Positions 41,321-50,134 of a stretch of 64,000 nt of DNA are shown piece by piece. The stretch's first letter is position 1; each line of letters opens with the position of its first letter. The DNA is from Actinomycetota bacterium (GTDB lineage Bacteria; Actinomycetota; UBA4738; HRBIN12): the NCBI GenBank assembly GCA_040882605.1, contig JBBEAY010000064.1:659-64658 (forward strand), in the 5' to 3' direction. The position numbers and the translations under genes were made by a program. The notes beneath the pieces are model-generated. The model saw only the letters and a program-made list of their open reading frames with translations, had not been told where the DNA came from and did not search any database.

Positions 41321-42643
41321 CTATCGGAACGTGTCGTTGGCTTCGGACTCCATGGCCGCGAGCGCATCGTCGACGCTCTCGGTGCCCTGCAACACGCCCA
41401 ACAGGTGCGGATACGCGATCTCGTACCAGAGCAAGTCGCGGTCGGGAAGGTTCCCCACGTATTGGCCGTACTGCAGGAGCGGGAACCACGCCTCGAAGTG
41501 CGGGTAGTCCGCGATGAGCTGCTCCTGCGTGGCCCCTTCGCCGTTCGACCGCAACGCCGGCAGCGTGCCCGTGGCCGTGTTCCAGGCGGCAGCGTTCTCG
41601 GGGTCGAGGGTCACGAACTCGACGAAGTCCCATGCGACGTTGGTGGCCGGGCTGTTCGCCGAGACGGTCAGTCCCCAGCCGGAGTCGGCGACGAAGTCAG
41701 GTGTCTCCCCGAGTGTCGGCAGCGCCACGTACTTCGTCGCGTCGGCGACTTCCGGGAAGTCGGCGGAGTACTCGGGCACCACCCATGGACCGATGAGGCC
41801 CATCGAACAGGCTTCCTCGAAGTAGCAGTCGCCGACCCAGTTGGCGGTATCGTTGAACAGCTCCGGATCGATGATGCCCTCGTCGACCATCGACTGCATC
41901 AGGGCGACGGCCTCGCGCGCCTCGGGGGTGTCGATCGTGAACGAGGCGCCGTCGTCGGCGAGGAACTGCCCCCCGCCCTGCAGGATCAGTGAGAAGAACG
42001 AGTAGACCAGGGCGTCCGCAGATGTGAAGTGATATCCGGTGCGGGTGATCACGTCGTCCTGCGTCTCGGTGAGCGCCTTGGCGTCGGCCATGAACTCGTC
42101 CCACGTCGCCCATCCGGCGCTCGTATCCACCCCCGCCGCATCGGCGATGTCGGTGTTCACGAGCGTCGCGCCGTACTCGATGTTGAACTCCTGCGGGAAT
42201 CCGTACAGCGTGTCGTCGCAGGTGTAGCCACCGATCGGCGCTTCGAAGAACGCCGACTGCGCGTCGGCGAGGCCGCTCACATCGGCCGGCACGGGCGCCA
42301 GGTTGTCGGCGTAGCTGCACGTCCACGTGCCGAACATCTGCAATACGTCGGCCTCGGTACCCGCGGGAAGCGCCGTCTGCAGCGTCTGGATGTACGAGTC
42401 GTAATCGAACGTCTCGAACTTGAGCGTGACGTTCGGATTCGCCGCCTCGAATCCGGCACCGAGATCCTTGAGGCCCTGGTTGAACGACTTGTTCTGGTGC
42501 GTCCAGACGCGAAGGGTCACCGGTTCGTCGGCGGCGACGGACCCGCCGGAGTCGCCGGGCTCGTCGGCACCGAAGGTGCACGCGGACCCGAGCATCAACA
42601 GCGCCACCCCGAGTGCCTGCCACCGCCTGAACCGACGCGTCAT
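41321..42643 (-). CDS. Sugar ABC transporter solute-binding lipoprotein
   Basis: Lipobox LGSAC; SBP family 1 layout. Confidence 0.9.
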   Translation of the reverse strand: MTRRFRRWQALGVALLMLGSACTFGADEPGDSGGSVAADEPVTLRVWTHQNKSFNQGLKDLGAGFEAANPNVTLKFETFDYDSYIQTLQTALPAGTEADVLQMFGTWTCSYADNLAPVPADVSGLADAQSAFFEAPIGGYTCDDTLYGFPQEFNIEYGATLVNTDIADAAGVDTSAGWATWDEFMADAKALTETQDDVITRTGYHFTSADALVYSFFSLILQGGGQFLADDGASFTIDTPEAREAVALMQSMVDEGIIDPELFNDTANWVGDCYFEEACSMGLIGPWVVPEYSADFPEVADATKYVALPTLGETPDFVADSGWGLTVSANSPATNVAWDFVEFVTLDPENAAAWNTATGTLPALRSNGEGATQEQLIADYPHFEAWFPLLQYGQYVGNLPDRDLLWYEIAYPHLLGVLQGTESVDDALAAMESEANDTFR

Positions 42644-43533
42644 GTGTTCGCTCCTCTCTCGGACAGCACCACGGAACGGGTGAGGTGCTGCGGATGATCA
42701 GGGTCGAGCCCACGCCGTTCGGCGAGGGCCAAAGCCAAGCGGTGCACGCGCACGAGCTCGGCCATCGGGTCGAGCGTGCCAACGTGCGCGGTAGCGCCGA
42801 CTGCTCGCACGTCGTCGGCGATCGATGGGTCCGCAGAGCCGATCACCCAGACGAAGGTGCGGGCGCCGGCGATACTGATCGGTCCGTGTCGATATTCCAT
42901 GGCGGGGTATGCCTCGGTGTACGACTGGGTGGCCTCGCGGAGCTTGAGCGCGGCTTCCTCGGCGATACCGACGCTCCACCCGTGCCCCAAGAAGACGAAA
43001 TGCTCTGCAGCGAGCGCTCGATCATCGACGGGCTCAACGAGCGCCTGTTCGGCCTCGGCGACTACGGGCATCAGGTCGTTGCCGAGATGCGTGCGGAGCA
43101 AGGCCAGCGTCGACGTTGCGAAGCGTGTCTGTACGACCGAACGCTCGTCCGCGAACTCCAGGGGGATGGGGTCGGTGGCGAGCGCGACCACCGGCGACGA
43201 CGGCACGGCGGTGATCACCGAGGTGCGCCGGCCGGCGAGGTCGCCGAGCAGCCGAACCACCTCCGACGTCGTGCCGCTGCGACTGATCGCCAGCACCCGG
43301 TCGTAGGTACGCGTGGCGAGGAACTCCGACGCCGGGAACGCGTCGGTCTCGCCCTGCCCGCTCGCCTCACGCAGCGCCGCGAAGGCTCGCGCGATGTAAA
43401 GCGATGTGCCACACCCCACAGCCGCCACACGCTCACCGGCCGCCGGCAGCGCGTCGTTGACCCTGGGCGCGCAGGCGATCGCCAGGCGCCACGTCTCGGG
43501 TTGCGATGCCACTTCCTGCGCAGTTTCGCTCAC
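42640..43533 (-). CDS. SIS-domain sugar-phosphate isomerase/deaminase (AgaS/GlmS-like)
   Basis: EVASQP, GCGTS, ISRSGTTSE, LKLRE, EYRHGP, HLTRSVVL. Confidence 0.88.
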   Translation of the reverse strand: MSETAQEVASQPETWRLAIACAPRVNDALPAAGERVAAVGCGTSLYIARAFAALREASGQGETDAFPASEFLATRTYDRVLAISRSGTTSEVVRLLGDLAGRRTSVITAVPSSPVVALATDPIPLEFADERSVVQTRFATSTLALLRTHLGNDLMPVVAEAEQALVEPVDDRALAAEHFVFLGHGWSVGIAEEAALKLREATQSYTEAYPAMEYRHGPISIAGARTFVWVIGSADPSIADDVRAVGATAHVGTLDPMAELVRVHRLALALAERRGLDPDHPQHLTRSVVLSERGANT

Positions 43534-43621
43534 TTACGCGCACACTAGAGCACAATCATGCGGACGGTCAACGCACTCGAACGTGTGGCGCGCAGCGACC
43601 GTCGCCGCGTATATTTGCCTC

Positions 43622-44380
43622 GTGCGACGCGCCGAGCGCCTGAGCGAGATCCTGAGAGTTCTGGCGGAAGACGGTGCCGTCGATGTCGGCGCGCTCGCCG
43701 CCGGACTCGACGTGTCCCAGGCGACCGTGCGCCGCGACCTTCAGCTACTCGAGGGGCAACGCATGCTCGCTCGGACGCACGGCGGCGCGGTCGCGAACGA
43801 CGTGATGTACGAGCTTCCGCTGCGGTACAAGGCGGCGCGGCACCACCCCGAGAAGATCCGCATCGCCCGCGAGGCGGCACGCAGGGTCGACGACGGGGCG
43901 ATCGTCGGGCTCACCGGCGGCACCACGACGACCGAGGTCGCACGCGCCGTGCTCGATCGAGCCGGGCTCACGGTCGTCACGAACGCGCTCAACATCGCCG
44001 GCGAGCTCGCGATCCGCTCCGACCTGAAGCTCGTGGTCACCGGTGGCACCGCGCGACCCGAGTCATACGAGCTGGTCGGCCCCGTCGCCGAGCGGGCGCT
44101 CACGGAGATGCACCTGCATACCGCGATCGTGGGTGTCGACGGAGTCACGCTCGACGAAGGGCTGACGACGCATCACGAGGTCGAAGCCCACACGAACCGA
44201 GTGTTGCTCGAGCAAGCCCGTCAGGTCATCGTGGTGGCCGACAGCTCGAAGCTAGGACTCGTGGCGTTCGCCCGCATCTGTCCGTTGGGTGCTGTCGACG
44301 AGCTGATCACCGACGACGCGGCTGACCCGGCCACGATCTCGGCGATCCGCGATGCCGGCATCACTGTCACGACGGTCTGA
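43622..44380 (+). CDS. DeoR/GlpR-family transcriptional regulator (AgaR-like)
   Basis: VSQATVRRDL, RTHGGA, GGTTTTE, VVTNALNI, ADSSKL. Confidence 0.94.
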   Translation: MRRAERLSEILRVLAEDGAVDVGALAAGLDVSQATVRRDLQLLEGQRMLARTHGGAVANDVMYELPLRYKAARHHPEKIRIAREAARRVDDGAIVGLTGGTTTTEVARAVLDRAGLTVVTNALNIAGELAIRSDLKLVVTGGTARPESYELVGPVAERALTEMHLHTAIVGVDGVTLDEGLTTHHEVEAHTNRVLLEQARQVIVVADSSKLGLVAFARICPLGAVDELITDDAADPATISAIRDAGITVTTV

Positions 44381-44415
44381 GAGGTCATGAGCACGCTTGT
44401 CGACATGGAGCGCTC

Positions 44416-45528
44416 ATGACGCCACCCGCCGCCGGGAGCAAAATGACGTCAACTCCCGACCTCGAGCGGCTGCGCGACCTTCCGCTTCGGTCCTATGCGC
44501 CTCGCCCGGTGGTCCGGCGCCCGGTGAGCGAGGTGACCCGAGCCCGATCCCCGGTGGTCGATGTCCATGCGCACCTGGGCCGTTGGCTCGCCGGCGAGTG
44601 GGCCGCGCCCGATGTCGGGACGCTCCTCGCCATCATGGACGCCGCCAACGTCGCGACCGTCGTGAACCTCGACGGCATGTGGGGCGATGAGCTCCGCGCG
44701 AACCTCGCCCGCTACGACGAAGAGCACCCGGGGCGGTTCGTCACGTTCGCCCAGTGGGACCGGACGCTCTTCCGCGAGCACATCGACTTCGGAGAGCGAC
44801 TCGCGGCGCAGGTGCGCGAGGGCGCTGCCGACGGGGCACGCGGCCTCAAGGTGTGGAAGGATCTCGGCCTGCATCTGCGCGACCCTGCCGGAGCGCTCGT
44901 CATGCCCGACGACGAGCGACTCGACCCGGTCTGGCAAACCTGCGCCGACGCCGGGCTCCCGGTCTTGATGCATACGGGCGACCCGCTCGCCTTCTTCGAC
45001 CCGCTCGACGAGACCAACGAGCGACTCGAGGAGCTGCTCGAGAATCCCGACTGGTGGTTCGGCGATCGGTCACGGTTCCCGACGTTCGATGCGCTCGCCG
45101 ACTCGTTCGAAGCGCTCGTCGCCCGCCGGCGCGACGTCACCTTCCTCGGCGCTCACGCCGCCGGCCTCGCCGAAGATCTTGGCCGGCTCGACCGCATGCT
45201 CAGCGCCTACCCGAATCTGCACGCCGACCTCGCTGCGCGCACCGCCGAGCTAGGCCGAGTGCCGCGAGCGACGGCTGCACTGATCCGACGGCATCCCGAC
45301 CGCTTCCTGTTCGGCAGCGACGGCATTCCACCCAGCGCGGAGGAGTACGCGACGTCATTCCGATTCCTCGAGATGGCCGACGAGCACGTTCCCTACTCAC
45401 CGGACCGGGTGCCGCCGCAAGGTCGCTGGGCGATCTCATGCCTCGACCTGCCCGACGGAGTTCTTGCCCAGGTGTACGCGGGAAACGCCCGCCGGCTGAT
45501 CTCCGGCCTCGACCCGAACCGGACCTAG
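44416..45528 (+). CDS. Amidohydrolase-family protein (amidohydro_2)
   Basis: DVHAH, GLK, LMH, GAH, FGSD, GNARRL. Confidence 0.88.
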   Translation: MTPPAAGSKMTSTPDLERLRDLPLRSYAPRPVVRRPVSEVTRARSPVVDVHAHLGRWLAGEWAAPDVGTLLAIMDAANVATVVNLDGMWGDELRANLARYDEEHPGRFVTFAQWDRTLFREHIDFGERLAAQVREGAADGARGLKVWKDLGLHLRDPAGALVMPDDERLDPVWQTCADAGLPVLMHTGDPLAFFDPLDETNERLEELLENPDWWFGDRSRFPTFDALADSFEALVARRRDVTFLGAHAAGLAEDLGRLDRMLSAYPNLHADLAARTAELGRVPRATAALIRRHPDRFLFGSDGIPPSAEEYATSFRFLEMADEHVPYSPDRVPPQGRWAISCLDLPDGVLAQVYAGNARRLISGLDPNRT

Positions 45529-45631
45529 GATCGGTGGCCTGAAACCCCACCCCCTTGTCAGCGGACCGACGACTCATGAGACGTCGACGTCGAACAGGCT
45601 CACATCCCAGCGACGGCTGCATCGAACTCGC

Positions 45632-46941
45632 CTACAGCAGGCCGGTACCCCACGGGCCTGTGATCGCAAGGGTGATCCCCGGTCGCTGGATCGCCACGAT
45701 CAGCCACCTGCCGTCGGGCGAGTAGACCGGACCCGCGAACTCGGAATCGCCGCCTCCCAAGAGGTTCTCGGCGAAGTCGAACACCTGGCCAGCGGGGGTG
45801 AGTCCGCGCAGGAAGTTCCTGGGGTACCCGTCCTCGCACAGGAGCACGCCGCCGCGAGGACTGACCGCGACGTTGTCGGGTGTGTCCAGGATGTCGCGGT
45901 TGTGCGTCTCGTAGAGCAGCCGAAGGGTTCCCTTCGACGGCGTGTAACGCCACACCTGACCGTGGTTCTGGTCGCCGCCGTAGGCTTTGCGAACGTCACC
46001 GCGCCGTTCTTGAAGTCCTCGCCTTCCAGGTAATCGAAGGTGGCACCACCGAGCGCGATGCCCTGCTTGGCGACGCGGGCGGCTGGTCCGCCACCTTCGA
46101 GATCGGGATCGGCATCGGGGATCATCACCCACGCGGTGCGGAGGTCACGCCCGACCGTTTGATGCTTGCGCGTGTCGTAGCCCGGCTGCCCCTGGACAGC
46201 CAGCATCTGCAGCGTGCCGCCGGCCGCGAGGTTGTTCCTGTCGTTGGGGACGAACCGGAAGAAGCCGGCCGGCGTGTCGTCCTCGGTCATGTACACGATC
46301 CCGGTCTTGGGGTCGGTCACCGCTGCCTCGTGGACGAATCTCCCCATCGCCTTCAGCGGCGCCGGCATGATCTGGCCACCAGCCGTGGACGGGATCTCGA
46401 ACACGTATCCGTGCTTCTTCGGCAGCGCTGCCGCGCCTGTGAAGTGAGTGCCTTCCTCGCAGGTCAACCAGGTCTTGCGCGGTGTCGCCCCTCCCGAGCA
46501 CGGCCAGAGCAGGCCGCTCGCCACGAGGAACGCATCGACCGGCGTCATCGTGGCCGGATCGATGTCGTAGATGACGACGCTGCCTTGGACCGCTTGGTCG
46601 TAGGCCTTGCCCACGTCACCTAGAGCCGTTCCAGCACCGAGCTCATGGTTGCGCACGACCCTCAGCAGCCTGCGGTTGGTCGGATGAGGGAAGAACGCTT
46701 GTCCGTCTGGCGCGCCCGGTGGACCCTGAGGAAGACCCGGAATCGGGTGGCCGGTCTGGTCGACCACGTGGCACGTGAACCCCGCCGGCAGCGACACGAG
46801 ACCGTTCGCCGCCGGGGCGAGCGCACCATAGCCGGGCGCGGCTGCTCTGGCCCGCCCAGCGAGTGCCGATGGCGCGATCAGGGCGGCGCCGGCAAGCACC
46901 GCCCCTCGCTGCAGCACCGTACGTCGATCGATCGACTCCAT
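45632..46941 (-). pseudogene. PhoX/DUF839-like Tat-secreted alkaline phosphatase, frameshifted near 45988
   Basis: DRRTVL Tat signal, PDG, VRNHE, WLTCEE, MGRFVHEA and MTED in one frame; HGQVW, TPDN, LCED and SEFAG in the -1 frame. Confidence 0.8.
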
Positions 46942-47071
46942 GATCAGCTACCCCCGGTCGTCGTGACACACCCCGACCTGGTGGCGGGGCACCAACACGT
47001 GGGGGGACGGCAGGCGGGACGCCGCGGCCCGTCAATGGGCGGAGGTGGCAACCTCACAGGGTCTGCTGAGA

Positions 47072-47971
47072 CTAGAACCCCAGGCGGTCGAGCATCTTGG
47101 GGTCGCGCTGCCATTCCTTCATGACCTTGACCCGAAGGTCGAGGAAGACTCGCTCCCCCACGAGCGGCTCGATCTGCTCGCGCGCCTTCGAACCGATCGT
47201 CTTGAGGGTCTGTCCGCCCTTGCCGATCAAGATGCCCTTCTGCGAGTCGCGCTCGACCACGATCGATGCGTAGATACGGTCGAGCCCGTCTTCGTGCTCG
47301 ATCTCTTCGATGACCACGGCGACCGAGTGCGGCACCTCTTCGCGAGTGACCGCGAGCGCCTGCTCGCGCACGAGCTCTGCGATACGCACCTCGAGCGGCT
47401 GGTCAGTGATCTCGCCGTCGGGGAACAGCGGGGGGCCTAAGGGCATGCGCGCGACGAGCAGGTCGAGCAGGGTGTCGACCCCGATGCCCCCGACGGCAGA
47501 AGCGGGCACTATCTCGTCCCAGTCACCGAGCTCGCCTGCAGCTGCGAGCTGCGGGATGACCTCGTGGTGACGGATGCGGTCGATCTTGTTCACGACGCAG
47601 AGGCGGGCATGCGCGCCGGCGCCGGCCACATGCTGTTCGTACACATAGGCATCGCCACGGCCCACGCCCGACGCCCCGTCGACGACGAGCACCACCACAT
47701 CGACACCCGCGACGGCATCGCCCACGAGGGCGTTGAGTCGCACCCCGAGCGCGGTGCGCGGCTTGTGGAACCCAGGGGTATCGGTGAACACGATCTGCAC
47801 GTCGTCGGTGGTCCAGATCGCCCTGATGTCGCGCCGGGTCGTCTGCGGCTTGTCCGAGACGATCGCGACCTTCTCCCCGACCAGGGCATTCACGAGCGTG
47901 GACTTGCCGACGTTGGGCCGTCCGACCACGGCGACGACTCCGGCTCGATGTTCGGCGGGCGTGCCGCTCAC
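47072..47971 (-). CDS. era: GTPase Era
   Basis: GRPNVGKS, SDKPQTTR, DTPG, NKID, EEVPH, SQKGILIGKGG. Confidence 0.97.
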   Translation of the reverse strand: MSGTPAEHRAGVVAVVGRPNVGKSTLVNALVGEKVAIVSDKPQTTRRDIRAIWTTDDVQIVFTDTPGFHKPRTALGVRLNALVGDAVAGVDVVVLVVDGASGVGRGDAYVYEQHVAGAGAHARLCVVNKIDRIRHHEVIPQLAAAGELGDWDEIVPASAVGGIGVDTLLDLLVARMPLGPPLFPDGEITDQPLEVRIAELVREQALAVTREEVPHSVAVVIEEIEHEDGLDRIYASIVVERDSQKGILIGKGGQTLKTIGSKAREQIEPLVGERVFLDLRVKVMKEWQRDPKMLDRLGF

Positions 47972-48396
47972 CGCTGGAGCCGGCCGAGATCGTCCGGCCC
48001 GAAGGCGTCGGGCAACAGCTCGTCGAGCGACCACACCGTTCGGATCGAGCCGTCCGCCGACTCGGCGATCACCGCCATGCCGGCTCCCCCGAACTCGTAC
48101 AGCACCTGGCGGCACCCACCGCACGGGGGGGTTGGGGTCTCAGCGTCGGTCACCACGGCGACGGCGCGAGCGCTCGAGGCAGCTCCGGCTGCGACAGCAA
48201 TGGCGACGGCGTTCCGCTCGGCGCACACCGACATCGGATAGCTCGCGTTCTCGACGTTCACCGCCGCGAAGATCGCGTCGCGCGCAAGCAAGGCCGCGCC
48301 GACGTGGAAACCACTATAGGGCGCATACGCCTTCGCTCGGATCTCTCGAGCGCTCGCGATCATGCGATCGACCAACTCGGGCTCGATCGACGTCAC
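47968..48396 (-). CDS. cdd: Cytidine deaminase
   Basis: AYAPYS, NVENASY..VCAE, PCGGCRQ. Confidence 0.95.
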   Translation of the reverse strand: MTSIEPELVDRMIASAREIRAKAYAPYSGFHVGAALLARDAIFAAVNVENASYPMSVCAERNAVAIAVAAGAASSARAVAVVTDAETPTPPCGGCRQVLYEFGGAGMAVIAESADGSIRTVWSLDELLPDAFGPDDLGRLQR

Positions 48397-49676
48397 GGCA
48401 CAGGTTCCTCGACCACGGGCTCGGACTCGGACTCGAGGTCTGGGTCACGCGTGATCAACACTTTCTCGATGCGGCGGCCCTTGATCTCCTCGGCGGTGAA
48501 GGTGAGCCCGTCGATGCGGCATTCCTCGCCCTCGTCGGGGATGTGACCGAGGATGTCGAGCACGAGCCCGGCGACCGTGTCCCATTCCTCATCGGGAAGC
48601 TCCACTCCGAGCAGGTCGTTGACGTCGTCGATCGAGGTCTTGCCGCTGGCGCGAAACACGCGCTCCCCGACCTGCTCGACCTCGGGCTCCTCGCGGTCAT
48701 ACTCGTCGGTGATCTCGCCGACGAGCTCCTCGAGCAGGTCTTCGAGCGAAACCAGGCCTGTCACCGACCCGTGCTCGTCGGTCACGAGCGCCATGTGGAA
48801 CTTCTCGCGCTGCATCTCGCGCAGCAGGTCGGCCACCTTCTTCGACTCGGGGACGTACCGGGCTTCCCGCACGACCTCGGCGAGCGGTATGTCGTACTTG
48901 CCTTGGTGCAGGGCCTTGAGCACGTCCTTCGCGAAGACGATGCCGACCACGTCGTCGAGATCCTCGTCTGCGTCGTAGACGGGGATGCGCGAGGTGCCGT
49001 GCGTCAGCACGAGCGCCTGCACGTCGCGCAGCGCCTTGTCGTCCTCGATGGCGATGATGTCGGGCCGCGGCACCATGACCTCGCGAACGATCGTGTCGCC
49101 GAACTCGAAGATCGAGTGGATGAGCTGCTTCTCGCCCTCTTCGATCGAGCCTTCCTCGCTGCCGACCTGTGCCATCGATCTGATCTCTTCCTCGCTGACG
49201 AAGGGTCCCGCTTTGATGCCCTTGCCCGGCAACAGAACGTTCGCGAGACCGATCAACGCGCGGGTCGGCCAGGCGAGCAGCCGCCCCAGGAAGTACACGA
49301 GCGGCGCGAGGGCAAGCGCCATGCGGTCGGAGTGCAGCACGCCGAACGTCTTCGACATCGCCTCGACGAAGACGAAGTAGAGCAGCGTGAACACGACCGA
49401 CGCGATCGTGATGCCGAGGGTTCCGAACTGAGCCTCCGCGACGATCGCGACCAGGATCGCGGAGCCGTTCTGCACGATCATCACGGCGAGGTAGACCGAG
49501 TTCAGGTAGCGGGGCGGGTCGGTCGCGAGCCGCACGAGCAAAGCGGCATTGCGGCGACCGTCGTCCTCGAGGGCCAACGCCTTCACGCGAGTCATACGGG
49601 TGAGCGAGGACTCGGCCAGAGCCATGAGCGATCCCAGTCCCCCGAGCGCCGCCACGAGCACCCACATGTATCTCAC
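48393..49676 (-). CDS. Hemolysin/CNNM-CBS-CorC family membrane protein
   Basis: N-terminal TM (DUF21), VREVMVPR, SRIPVY, DEHG, EDLLEELVGEI. Confidence 0.93.
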   Translation of the reverse strand: MRYMWVLVAALGGLGSLMALAESSLTRMTRVKALALEDDGRRNAALLVRLATDPPRYLNSVYLAVMIVQNGSAILVAIVAEAQFGTLGITIASVVFTLLYFVFVEAMSKTFGVLHSDRMALALAPLVYFLGRLLAWPTRALIGLANVLLPGKGIKAGPFVSEEEIRSMAQVGSEEGSIEEGEKQLIHSIFEFGDTIVREVMVPRPDIIAIEDDKALRDVQALVLTHGTSRIPVYDADEDLDDVVGIVFAKDVLKALHQGKYDIPLAEVVREARYVPESKKVADLLREMQREKFHMALVTDEHGSVTGLVSLEDLLEELVGEITDEYDREEPEVEQVGERVFRASGKTSIDDVNDLLGVELPDEEWDTVAGLVLDILGHIPDEGEECRIDGLTFTAEEIKGRRIEKVLITRDPDLESESEPVVEEPVP

Positions 49677-50134
49677 GGGGCGATCACCCCGCTGTAACGC
49701 TGCTGGCGCGCCCACATCTCGGCGCGCTCGTCGTCGTCCTCATGGTCGTACCCCAGCACGTGAAGCACCCCGTGCACGACGAGCAACCGCATCTCGGCCT
49801 CGGGGTCCGCGGGGTTGTTGCGTGCGGCGACCGACGGCGCGATCACCACGTCGCCCAGCACACGCACGCCATCTTCGTCGACGTCATCGTCGTCGAGCGG
49901 GAACGACAACACGTCGGTCGGCCCTGGTTCGTGCACGTAGCGCTCGTGCAGCCCGGTGATCTCGCGCTCATCGACGAACGACAGCGAGAGCTCGCCCCGC
50001 TCGACACCCTCGGCCGCGAGGGTCTCGGCGGCGAGCGCGGCGAGCGCCTGCTCGTCGACCGCGCGCGGCTGGCGGTTCGACACGATCACCGATCGATGTC
50101 CGCCGTCGTCGTCGCGTTTCGCGCCCACGCTCAC
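49673..50134 (-). CDS. ybeY: rRNA maturation endoribonuclease YbeY
   Basis: PTDVLSF, HGVLHVLGYDH. Confidence 0.95.
   Translation of the reverse strand: MSVGAKRDDDGGHRSVIVSNRQPRAVDEQALAALAAETLAAEGVERGELSLSFVDEREITGLHERYVHEPGPTDVLSFPLDDDDVDEDGVRVLGDVVIAPSVAARNNPADPEAEMRLLVVHGVLHVLGYDHEDDDERAEMWARQQRYSGVIAP

Noticed and set aside
45565-45600. Palindromic stretch CGACGACTCATGAGACGTCGACGTCG
   Set aside because: Lies between convergent genes in a TCGA-rich genome; probably a terminator or chance.
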